From the NCBI GenBank assembly GCA_964457335.1, contig CAYWGD010000015.1, positions 31,868 to 95,867 on the forward strand: 64,000 nt of DNA, given 5' to 3'. Source of the stretch: an uncultured Enterobacteriaceae bacterium. Its GTDB lineage: Bacteria > Myxococcota_A > UBA796 > SXON01. The notes below the pieces were generated by a model. That model saw nothing but the letters and a program-made list of their open reading frames with translations. It was not told the origin of the DNA and did no database searches. Positions within the stretch are counted from its first letter, which is position 1, and every line of letters begins with the position of its first letter. Shown piece by piece: positions 8,394-16,599 of this stretch. A program made the translations under genes and the position numbers.

Positions 8394-9317
8394 TCACGGC
8401 AGCGGGCCCCAGAACCCCGGCGGGTAGAGCGGCCGCAGCGCACAGTCCACGAGCATCGCCCCGAACAGGAGGAAGAGGTAGACGATCGAGACCCGGAACA
8501 CCCTGTAGTCGACCCGGGGGTCGTCGGCGCGGGCGGAGCGGGACACCGCGTACAGGAACCACACCCCCGAGCCCAAGGCCACGGCGCCGTACAGCGGGCT
8601 CAGCAGCCCGAGCGGCACGGGTGCCAGCGAGACGAGCAACAGGACCACCGTGTAGGCGATCGACTGCCGGCGGGTGGCACGGTCCCCGATCACGCTGGGC
8701 ATCATCGGGAAACCGGCGGCCTCGTACTCGCGCTTGCGGAAGATGGCGATCGCCCAGAAGTGGGGGGGCGTCCACAGGAACACGATCGCGAAGAGGATCC
8801 AGCTCGCCCAGGTGAGGCCCCCGGTGAGCGCCGCCTCGGCGATCATCGGCGCGGTCGCCCCGGCCGCCCCGCCGATCACGATGTTCTGCGGGGTGCGCGG
8901 CTTGAGCCAGATCGTGTACACGAACACGTAGAAGAGGATCGTGGCCACGCCGACCACCGCCGCGAGGGCGCCGCCCACGAGCCAGAGCACGAGCGTGGAC
9001 ACGACGCTGAAGAACACGCCGAGACCGAGCGCCTCGCCGGGGGCGACCGCGGCGGCGGGGAGCGGCCGCTCGCGCGTCCGTGCCATCCGCGCGTCGGTCT
9101 CGCGCTCCAGGTAGGCGTTCAGCGTGCTCGAGGCCGCGCCTGCGAGCGCCGTCCCCACGAGCACCACGAACGCCTTCCCGAAGGAGGGCCAGCCGTGGAT
9201 GCCGAGGATCGGCAGCCCGGTGAACAGGACGAGCAGGAGGACGCGCGGGCGCGTCATCTCCCACCACATGCGCACGCGCCCCAGGGCGCTCGCGGGCACC
9301 GACACCGCCGCGCTCAC
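8394..9317 (-). CDS. ctaB: protohaem IX farnesyltransferase (haem O synthase)
   Basis: 'NAYLERETDARMARTRERPL', 'GGAAGATAPMIAEAA' and 'LWTPPHFWAIAI' mark the UbiA-family haem O synthase. GTG 9317 overlaps the ctaA stop (GTGA); ATG 9269 is an alternative start. Confidence 0.9.
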   Translation of the reverse strand: MSAAVSVPASALGRVRMWWEMTRPRVLLLVLFTGLPILGIHGWPSFGKAFVVLVGTALAGAASSTLNAYLERETDARMARTRERPLPAAAVAPGEALGLGVFFSVVSTLVLWLVGGALAAVVGVATILFYVFVYTIWLKPRTPQNIVIGGAAGATAPMIAEAALTGGLTWASWILFAIVFLWTPPHFWAIAIFRKREYEAAGFPMMPSVIGDRATRRQSIAYTVVLLLVSLAPVPLGLLSPLYGAVALGSGVWFLYAVSRSARADDPRVDYRVFRVSIVYLFLLFGAMLVDCALRPLYPPGFWGPLP

Positions 9318-10255
9318 GCCTGCTCCGCGGCGCGCAAGGCGACCGCGGGCGAGGCCCGCCGCACGGGGTGGGTCAGCACGCGGGTGAGGGACCAGGTGGT
9401 GGAGAGCACGATGAGATCGGCCACCGCCGAGTGCGCGATGGCGATCTCGACGGGCATCGCGAGAAGCACGTTCACCACCCCCACGCAGACCTGGCAGGCC
9501 ACGAGGAGCAGGACCGCCGTGGCGGGACGCCGGAGCGCCGGAGTGGACCGCGCCGTCAGCCAGAACGCCACGGCCAGCGCGCTCAGCGTGTAGGCGCCGA
9601 GCCGGTGGAAGATCTGCAGCCCCACGATCCCGTCGAGCACCGGGAACCAAACCCCGCCGTTGCAGGTCGGCCACTCGGTGCAGGCGAGGCCCGCGTAGTT
9701 GCTGGAGACGAGCCCGCCGAGCGCCATCTGCACCAGCACCATCCCGCCGAGCGCGAGGCCGAGCCAGCGCGCGGCGCCCGGGACCGGCTCGCGGGCGCGC
9801 CCGTCGTCGAGGAGCCGGAGGCCGGCGACCACGAGCAGCGCGCAGAAGGTGTTCCCGAAGAGGAGGTGGAGCGTGACGCTCCAGTACGCGAGCAGGTGGA
9901 GGACGGTCAGCCCGCCGAGCACGACCTGCGCGGCGAGCGTGACCGCCGCCACCGCGAGGATGCCGCCGACGCGGGCCCGCCCCGCCGGCGTGCGGAGCGC
10001 GAGCGCGCCCAGAGTGAGGAAGCCGAGCGAGATGATGCTCGCGAGCGCCCGGTGACCCCACTCGAGGAAGATGTGGAAGTCGAGCTCCGGGACGACCTCG
10101 CCGAAGCACAGCGGCCAGTCCGGGCACGCCAGCCCCGCGCCGTGCACGCGCACGCTCGCCCCGAAGACGAGCAGCACGTACGTGATGGCCGCCAGCCCGA
10201 GGAACGCGCGCCCCAGGGCTCGCGAGGAGCCGCTCCCTGCCATGTCGCCCGGCAT
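9314..10255 (-). CDS. ctaA: haem A synthase (COX15/CtaA)
   Basis: 313-aa multi-pass protein with 'GAGLACPDWPLCFG', 'EWGHRALA', 'AGLACTEWPTCNG' and 'FHRLGAY'. Confidence 0.88.
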   Translation of the reverse strand: MPGDMAGSGSSRALGRAFLGLAAITYVLLVFGASVRVHGAGLACPDWPLCFGEVVPELDFHIFLEWGHRALASIISLGFLTLGALALRTPAGRARVGGILAVAAVTLAAQVVLGGLTVLHLLAYWSVTLHLLFGNTFCALLVVAGLRLLDDGRAREPVPGAARWLGLALGGMVLVQMALGGLVSSNYAGLACTEWPTCNGGVWFPVLDGIVGLQIFHRLGAYTLSALAVAFWLTARSTPALRRPATAVLLLVACQVCVGVVNVLLAMPVEIAIAHSAVADLIVLSTTWSLTRVLTHPVRRASPAVALRAAEQA

Positions 10256-10337
10256 GCGTCCCCCTGGGAAAGGGCGCGCCCGTATCGCGCGTCCCCGAGC
10301 CGAGCAAGCGAGGCCGGGCGCGGCCGCCGGGCCGAGC

Positions 10338-11075
10338 TCAAGGGCCTCGGCCGGCGCTCTCCCCGCTCGGATCTGGCCTCGTCGACCCGTGGACCCACAG
10401 CCCGATCAGGGTCGCCAGTATCGCGAACCACGTGAGCGCGTACTCGCCGTGCGGCCGCTCGTGCGGCGTGGCCCGCCAGCCGCCGATGGGCGGCTCGCTG
10501 TCCGGGCCGTCCCCGCGCTCGGGGAGCGCCGCGCCCTCCACGACCACGAACGGCGCGACGTCGACGCCCTGCCCCATGGCGTCCGGGGAGATCACTCGCC
10601 AGTAGCGGCGAAAGCCGTCCGGCTCGGCGGGGAAGCCCTCTCCGGCGTCGGGCTCCTCCGCGTACACGCGCGCGAGGCCCTCGTAGGTGCGCCGCGGGCC
10701 GAGGGCACGCTCCCGCGCCACGACGGCGTCGACGGCGTCGCCGGGCACCCACCCCACGTTCACGAGCACGACGGGGCCTGCCCCGTGCACGGGCACGACG
10801 AGCTCGAACCCGGGCAGGCTGCCGCGGACCTTGTTGGGGAGCAGCAGGTGCCGGTTCCAGTCGGGCGTCCCCGTCAGCCGGACCCGGCGCACGTCCGGAT
10901 CGGCCGGCGGGGCCGCGGCGTCGAAGGGCGGCTCGGCGAGCCGCGCCGCCCACGTGACGCGCGCCTCGGCGGCCTCCCCCATGCGGCGGAGCTGCCAGGT
11001 CCCGAGGCCCCCGAACACCACCGCTCCGAGCGCCACCCCGATCGTCGGGAGGGCGCGCGGGCGGAAGCGGGGCAC
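10338..11075 (-). CDS. SURF1-family cytochrome oxidase assembly protein
   Basis: An N-terminal TM followed by 'GTWQLRRM', 'VLVNVGWVP' and a C-terminal TM 'YALTWFAILATLIGLWV'. Located at the head of the cox biogenesis cluster. Confidence 0.8.
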   Translation of the reverse strand: MPRFRPRALPTIGVALGAVVFGGLGTWQLRRMGEAAEARVTWAARLAEPPFDAAAPPADPDVRRVRLTGTPDWNRHLLLPNKVRGSLPGFELVVPVHGAGPVVLVNVGWVPGDAVDAVVARERALGPRRTYEGLARVYAEEPDAGEGFPAEPDGFRRYWRVISPDAMGQGVDVAPFVVVEGAALPERGDGPDSEPPIGGWRATPHERPHGEYALTWFAILATLIGLWVHGSTRPDPSGESAGRGP

Positions 11076-11084
11076 GACGGGGCG

Positions 11085-11285
11085 CTACTCGCGGTTGATG
11101 TAGGGGAGGAGCGCGAGGTGCCGCGCGCGCTTGATCGCGAGGGCGACCGAGCGCTGCTGCTTCGCGGAGAGGCCCGTGATGCGGCGGGGCAGGATCTTGC
11201 CGCGCTCCGTCAGGAAGCGCTTGAGGCGCGCCGGATCCTTGTAGTCAGCGGCTTCTTCGGACTTGGTCTTGACCTGCTCGGCCAT
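11085..11285 (-). CDS. rpsR: 30S ribosomal protein S18 (short form)
   Basis: '[49 protein letters not shown]' is the conserved S18 core. GGAG lies upstream of the ATG. Confidence 0.9.
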   Translation of the reverse strand: MAEQVKTKSEEAADYKDPARLKRFLTERGKILPRRITGLSAKQQRSVALAIKRARHLALLPYINRE

Positions 11286-11358
11286 CTTGAAACTCCCTGA
11301 ATCGAGCGACCAGCGCGTTTACCGCGACAGGGCGGCACGCGCAAGGTGGGGCCTGCGT

Positions 11359-11664
11359 CTACACGCCCTCGATCTGGTCCCGCTGGTGGGTGAGGACGGT
11401 GCAGTCGGAGGTCGGAACCGCGCTGCAGAGGCAGGTGAAGCCGCGCTCCAGGTCTCCGTCCCCGAGGATGTACTGCTCCTCCAGCGACACCGTCCCCGAC
11501 AGCACGCGCCCGGCGCAGGTCCCGCAGGCCGCGCTCCGGCACGAGTACGGCAGCGCGAGGCCCTGGGCCTCCGCCGCCTCGAGGATCGGCTGGTCGTCCC
11601 GGCACGGCACGACGACGTCGATCGACTTGTCCGGGCTCTGCAGGTGGATGCGGTACGTGGCCAT
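11359..11664 (-). CDS. plant-type 2Fe-2S ferredoxin
   Basis: 'SCRSAACGTCAGRV' plus a distal 'CLC' gives the C-x4-C-x2-C...C ligand pattern. The start is set at 'MATYRIHL' (ATG 11664) within track ORF 11359..11736. Confidence 0.8.
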   Translation of the reverse strand: MATYRIHLQSPDKSIDVVVPCRDDQPILEAAEAQGLALPYSCRSAACGTCAGRVLSGTVSLEEQYILGDGDLERGFTCLCSAVPTSDCTVLTHQRDQIEGV

Positions 11665-11789
11665 CGCGTCGCCTTCCTGGAGTGGGCCCGCGCATAACAC
11701 GCTCGCGTCGGCCCCCGCCCCGCGGCGCGACGGCATATAGCGGCCGCCGCCGGCCCCCCGGCGTCCCTTCCCACCCGGAGACCCCCGCG

Positions 11790-12878
11790 ATGGACGGCAT
11801 CCTCGTCAGCCAGCAGCTCCGTGCGCTGGTGGGCTCCGGAGCCATCCGCGCGCTCTACCCGGTGCGGCCGGGCCAGATCCAGCCCTCGTCGCTGGACCTG
11901 CGGCTGGGCGCGCGGATCTGGCAGCTCCAGTGCAGCTTCCTCCCCGGCTCCGCGGGCGTGGAGCGCCGCCTCGGGCGCCTCGCGCTCGACGAGCAGCGCC
12001 TCGACGCGGACCGCCCGACGGTGCTCCGGCACCGCGGCGTCTACCTGGCCGAGGTGGAGGAGGTGCTCGAGCTCCCCGCCGGCGTGCACGGGCGGGCCAA
12101 CCCCAAGTCCTCCACGGGGCGGCTCGACGTGTTCGTCCGCCTCCTCACCGAGCACGGGCACTCCTTCGACGTGGTGCCGGACGGCTACCGCGGGCGCCTC
12201 TTCCTGGAGATCACCCCGCAGAGCTTCCACGTCGCCGTGCGGCGCGGCGACTGCCTGGGCCAGCTGCGCCTCGCCAGCGGCCGGCCGGTGCTCGGCGTGG
12301 AGGAGCTGCGCGAGCGGCAGGCCAGCGCCCCGGTCTGCTACTGGTCCGACGGCCGCCCCGCGCCGGTGTCCGACGATCCGCCCGGCATCCAGATGTCCGT
12401 CGATCTGCACGACGGCATCGACGGGATCGCGGGCTACCTCGCGCTCCGCCACCGCCCGCCGATCGACCTCGCGCGCCGCGACCTCGACCGCGACCGTTAC
12501 TGGACGCCGCTCCCGCTCGACCGCGCGAGTGACGGGCAGGTGCTCGAGCCCGAGCAGTTCTACATCTTCGCCACACGCGAACGGCTGTGCATCCCGCCGG
12601 ATCTGTGCGCGGAGCTGGTGCCCTTCGACGCCACGAAGGGCGAGCTCCGCACGCACTACGCGGGGTTCATCGACTCCGGCTTCGGGCTCGACGCCTCCGG
12701 CCGCGGGGCGCGCCTCGTGCTCGAGATTCGCACCCACGACGTGCCCTTCCTGCTCGAGCACGGCCAGCCCCTGTTCCGCATCGAGCTCCTCCGCAACGCC
12801 CAGGTCCCGGACCAGCTGTACGGCGACGGCAGCAACTACCAGATGCAGGGCCTGAAGCTGGCGAAGCAGTTCCGCTGA
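11790..12878 (+). CDS. dcd: 2'-deoxycytidine 5'-triphosphate deaminase, long two-domain form
   Basis: 'SSLDLRLG' and 'ANPKSSTGRLDVF' in the first half, and 'YAGFIDSGFG' in the second half. ATG 11790 has GGAG 10 nt upstream; the track ORF starts earlier, at 11682. Confidence 0.7.
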   Translation: MDGILVSQQLRALVGSGAIRALYPVRPGQIQPSSLDLRLGARIWQLQCSFLPGSAGVERRLGRLALDEQRLDADRPTVLRHRGVYLAEVEEVLELPAGVHGRANPKSSTGRLDVFVRLLTEHGHSFDVVPDGYRGRLFLEITPQSFHVAVRRGDCLGQLRLASGRPVLGVEELRERQASAPVCYWSDGRPAPVSDDPPGIQMSVDLHDGIDGIAGYLALRHRPPIDLARRDLDRDRYWTPLPLDRASDGQVLEPEQFYIFATRERLCIPPDLCAELVPFDATKGELRTHYAGFIDSGFGLDASGRGARLVLEIRTHDVPFLLEHGQPLFRIELLRNAQVPDQLYGDGSNYQMQGLKLAKQFR

Positions 12879-12974
12879 TCCGCGCGGGGCACGGGAGCCG
12901 CCGACGCCCCCTCCCCTCGCCGACGTCGCCGCAGCGGCGGAGCCGGCTGCCCGAAAAAGCAGCGGTCGAGACGC

Positions 12975-14447
12975 TCAGCGCGTCGCGTCGGTGGTCGGCG
13001 TGCGCCCGAAGACCTCGCCCAGGGTGCGCGCCGTCCCGCACGCCTGCCAGGGCAGGTCGCGCAGCCGCCAGGACCAGTTGCCCTCGGGCTCGCCGGGCGT
13101 GTTGAAGCGCGCGTCGCTGCCGAGCCCGAGGAAGTCCTGCATGGGCGCGATCGCGGTCTCGGCGACGCTCGCCCAGGCCTCGCGCAGGAGCATCCAAGCG
13201 GGGTCGCTCCCGTCGCGCCCGCACGTGAGGCGGAAGCGGTGCCGCGTGCGCTCGTCGGCGGCCGCGTACCAGCCGGCCGCGGTGTCGTTGTCGTGGGTGC
13301 CGGTGTAGGCGACCCAGCGCGGGTGGGGGAAGTTGTGAGGCAGGAACGGGTGATCCGCGTCGTCGCCGTACGCGAACTGGAGCACCTTCATGCCCGGGAG
13401 CTCCAGCCCGTCGCGGAGCTCGGCCACGTCCGGCGTGATGACGCCGAGGTCCTCGGCGATGAGCGGCAGCGACCCGATCGCGTTCGCGAGCGCGTCGAAG
13501 AGCGGGCGCCCGGGCCCAGGCTCCCAGCGCCCGACCCGCGCGTCCTGCTCGGCGGCGGGGATCGACCAGTTGGCGCAGAAGCCGCGGAAGTGGTCGAGCC
13601 GCGCGGCGTCGACCAGCGCGAGCTCGCGGCGCACGCGGGCGACCCACCAGGCGAAGCCCGTCTCCGCGTGGCGATCCCAGGCGTAGGTGGGGTTCCCCCA
13701 GCGCTGCCCGAGCGGCGAGAAGTAGTCGGGGGGCACGCCGGCGACCGGGTCGGGCCGGCCGTCCGCGCCGAGGCGGAAGAGGTCGCGGTGCGCCCAGGTG
13801 TCGCAGCCGTCCCCGCTCACGAAGATCGGGACGTCCCCGACGAGCCGGATGCCGCGGTGGCGGGCGACCTCGCGGAGGCGCCCCCACTGGCGGTGGAAGA
13901 GGAACTGGAGCCCCTCCTCCTCGGCGACGAGCGCGGCGTGCTCCTTCCGGAGCTTCGCGAGGCCCTTGCGGCGCGCCGCGTCGGCGGGCCAGTCCCACCA
14001 GCCGCCGCCGTGCACCCGGGCCAGGGCGGCGTAGAGCGCCCAGTCCTCGAGCCAGCTCTGCTCGGCCTCTACGAACGCGCGGCAGGCGGGATCGCTCGCG
14101 GCGCGCGCGCCGGCCAGGCGCAGGAGCGGCAGCTTCCACCCCTCGACGGCGGCGAAGTCCGCCCGGTCCTGTCCCCACGGCATGGGCGCCGGGTCGAGGA
14201 GCCCCTCGGCCACGAGCGCCTCGACGGAGATCAGGCGGGGATCGGCGGCGAACGCCGACGGCGAGGCGTAGGGCGACTGCCCGGGGCCCACCGGATGCAG
14301 CGGGAGCACCTGCCAGGTGTCGAGCCCGGCCTGGCTCATCCACTCCAAAAAGGCCTCGGCGTACGGCCCGAGCTCCCCGATGGGGCCCGGACCGGGGAGG
14401 CTCGTGGGGTGCAGGAGCACCCCGGCGCGGCGCCGAGACCCGGCCAC
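12975..14447 (-). CDS. malQ: 4-alpha-glucanotransferase (amylomaltase, GH77)
   Basis: 'GVLLHPTSLPGPGPIGELG', 'WQVLPLHP..GQSPY', 'GDVPIFV' and 'IAEDLGVITPDV' are characteristic of MalQ. GTG start. Confidence 0.92.
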   Translation of the reverse strand: MAGSRRRAGVLLHPTSLPGPGPIGELGPYAEAFLEWMSQAGLDTWQVLPLHPVGPGQSPYASPSAFAADPRLISVEALVAEGLLDPAPMPWGQDRADFAAVEGWKLPLLRLAGARAASDPACRAFVEAEQSWLEDWALYAALARVHGGGWWDWPADAARRKGLAKLRKEHAALVAEEEGLQFLFHRQWGRLREVARHRGIRLVGDVPIFVSGDGCDTWAHRDLFRLGADGRPDPVAGVPPDYFSPLGQRWGNPTYAWDRHAETGFAWWVARVRRELALVDAARLDHFRGFCANWSIPAAEQDARVGRWEPGPGRPLFDALANAIGSLPLIAEDLGVITPDVAELRDGLELPGMKVLQFAYGDDADHPFLPHNFPHPRWVAYTGTHDNDTAAGWYAAADERTRHRFRLTCGRDGSDPAWMLLREAWASVAETAIAPMQDFLGLGSDARFNTPGEPEGNWSWRLRDLPWQACGTARTLGEVFGRTPTTDATR

Positions 14448-14450
14448 CGA

Positions 14451-14591
14451 CTAGCGGCGGAGGCGGCCGCCGTTGCGGCGCTTGGTGAGCTCGCCGCGGG
14501 CGCGCATGCGCTGCTTGGTGTGCTTCGCCTTGAGCTTCGCGCGGTGACGGGCCGACTTGTTCCGATTCTTCTTGGGGGGGGTCTTCGCCAT
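14451..14591 (-). CDS. 46-aa highly basic protein (hypothetical)
   Basis: Not in the track. Read by hand as 'MAKTPPKKNRNKSARHRAKLKAKHTKQRMRARGELTKRRNGGRLRR'. GGAG lies 7 nt upstream of the ATG (14589-14591). It fills the gap between the RelA/SpoT-like gene and malQ. Confidence 0.5.
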   Translation of the reverse strand: MAKTPPKKNRNKSARHRAKLKAKHTKQRMRARGELTKRRNGGRLRR

Positions 14592-14682
14592 GATGAACTC
14601 CGGCCGGCCGGCTATCCCGCTCCCCTCACCCTGTCACGGCGACGATCGGCTGATGGCCGCGATCGCCCCGATCCCGGGCCCC

Positions 14683-15753
14683 TCAGCGCCGGGAGTGCGG
14701 CGAGCGGCCGAGGCGCTCGTACACCCGTGTGCGCTGGCGGGCCTTGTACGCCTCGTGGCAGCTCTCCCCTTCCTCGTTCTGCGCGTCGCTCTCGGCGTCG
14801 ACCACCTGGAACTCGACCAGGACGGACACGGCCTCCCCCAGGAGCGCCTTGTGCGTGGGGACCGGCACGCCCGGGATGTCGTACACGCGGACGGGCAGGT
14901 CCACGATGAAGTTGATGACGCGGTAGACCGCGTCCGAGTGCGGGTTGATGGGCTGCGGCCCGGCGCGGAGCACGCCGCGGAGCTCCGACAGGTCGGCCGC
15001 GGCCGACTCGATCTCCTGCGGCGTGAGCAGGCTGTTGACGCTCTCGCCGGGGATCACCGCCGGGAACGGCACGAGGTTCCGGAAGAGCCACGCGAGCGCC
15101 GGGACGATGTCCTCGCGCGTCTCCGTCACGATGCGGAAGCGCAGCTTGTCGTACACGGTCGCGGCGGTGGACTCGCGCTTGGCCAACAGCTTGGTGATGA
15201 CGCTCGGGCGGGTCTTTCGGTTGCCGTAGAAGGCGCGGAGCGGGAGCGTCGCGCGCATGCGCTCCGCCGCTGCGAGCACCTTCTCGTTCGCGGTCTCGAT
15301 GAGGTCGATCTCGCGGAACGCCGACTGCGAGCGCAGCTCCTGCATCTCCAGGTGGTTGATGACGTGCATCAGCTTGAGCACCGCGCAGTACTGGATGCGA
15401 TCCCGGCTGAACCGCTCGCGCATGGACGCGCGGAGGAAGGCGTCACGCACGTCCCGGGGGCGACGCACCTCCTGGCGGAACGTGAGCCCGATGTGCTCCT
15501 CGAGGTAGTTGACGGCCTGGTTGTAGACGTACTGGAGCCGCTCGCGCGCCCATCCGTGCTGCGAGGGATCGCAGAGCCAGAGCCGGAGGAAGTTGTTGAC
15601 CTCGTCGTAGGAGCGGAAGGCGAGGCCGTGCCAGTCGACCACGGAGCCGCCGGACAGCGCGAGGAGCACCGCGTCCTTGTCCTGAGCCGTGAGCCGGGCA
15701 GGCTCGCGCCGCGGAGCCGGCGCCTCGTCGATCTCGATGATGTCGGGCCGCAT
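14683..15753 (-). CDS. conserved hypothetical protein with distant RelA/SpoT-like nucleotidyltransferase motifs
   Basis: 356 aa. 'NRKTRPSVITKLLAKR...VYDKLRFRIVT' resembles the RxKxxxSxxxK...DxxGxRI block of alarmone synthetases. 'VLVEFQVVD...CHEAYKARQ' resembles ExQxRT...HxxYK. Strong RBS GGGAGGGGG. The similarity is weak and judged by eye only. Confidence 0.35.
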   Translation of the reverse strand: MRPDIIEIDEAPAPRREPARLTAQDKDAVLLALSGGSVVDWHGLAFRSYDEVNNFLRLWLCDPSQHGWARERLQYVYNQAVNYLEEHIGLTFRQEVRRPRDVRDAFLRASMRERFSRDRIQYCAVLKLMHVINHLEMQELRSQSAFREIDLIETANEKVLAAAERMRATLPLRAFYGNRKTRPSVITKLLAKRESTAATVYDKLRFRIVTETREDIVPALAWLFRNLVPFPAVIPGESVNSLLTPQEIESAAADLSELRGVLRAGPQPINPHSDAVYRVINFIVDLPVRVYDIPGVPVPTHKALLGEAVSVLVEFQVVDAESDAQNEEGESCHEAYKARQRTRVYERLGRSPHSRR

Positions 15754-15842
15754 GCCCCCTCCCGTAACCGGCGGAGCGGCTCCCTCCGACGCCGGCGCCT
15801 CGCGCGTGCGGTCCCCCGCGAAGTTCGTTAGAGCCGCCCGCC

Positions 15843-16598
15843 ATGAACCGCATCGGAATGGGGCAGGTCCTGAAGAACGCTTTCAGCGTTCTCTTCCGCA
15901 ACATCGGGATCGCGCTCGTGATCGCGGTCGTCCTGGGGGGTGTGGGCTGGGCCATCGCCGACCGCGCCGGTGCGCTGGCCGTCGAGCTCGGCAACCCGAC
16001 CACGGGGCAGCAGCGGCTCGTCTACAGCCAGATCACGCAGACCATCGTGCTCACGATCTGGGGCTGCATCGTCGGCGCCTGGGCCGCGCCCGCGTCCATC
16101 TACCTGTGGGTCCAGCACGAGAAGGGCAAGCGCACGAGCCTGTACGAGGCCGTCAACTACGGGTTGAACCGTTTCCGTCGCGTCCTGCCGGCGCACGCCC
16201 GGGCCGTGTTCATCATCCAGCTCGGCATCATCGTCATCGTGCCGGGCATCCTGTTCGGGCTCCAGTACGCCTTCGTCGACGCGATCGCCACGCTCGACAC
16301 CCAGGAGAAGGACCCGCTCCAGCGCTCGCGCAAGCTCACCTCGGGCCGCCGCGGCACGTTGTTCCGCACGTTCGCGGTGTTCCTCCTCTGGTGGGCGCCC
16401 ACCCAGCTCGGCGGGTTCCTCGCGCTGCAGGAGATGGGCTGGTGGGCCGTGGCCCTCGCCGGCGTGATCGACGCGCTGGTGCTCATCGCCATCGACCTCT
16501 GCATGGTGCAGTACTACCTCGACCTGTTCCGCAAGCCGGCCACGGGCTCCCAGCCGCCGGCGTCGTCCGAGCCGGTCCCGGTGGCCACCCCCTCCTGA
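15843..16598 (+). CDS. multi-pass membrane protein (hypothetical)
   Basis: 251 aa with at least 5 hydrophobic helices. Its stop is 1 nt before the mfd GTG. I recognise no diagnostic motif. Confidence 0.6.
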   Translation: MNRIGMGQVLKNAFSVLFRNIGIALVIAVVLGGVGWAIADRAGALAVELGNPTTGQQRLVYSQITQTIVLTIWGCIVGAWAAPASIYLWVQHEKGKRTSLYEAVNYGLNRFRRVLPAHARAVFIIQLGIIVIVPGILFGLQYAFVDAIATLDTQEKDPLQRSRKLTSGRRGTLFRTFAVFLLWWAPTQLGGFLALQEMGWWAVALAGVIDALVLIAIDLCMVQYYLDLFRKPATGSQPPASSEPVPVATPS

Positions 16599-16599
16599 C

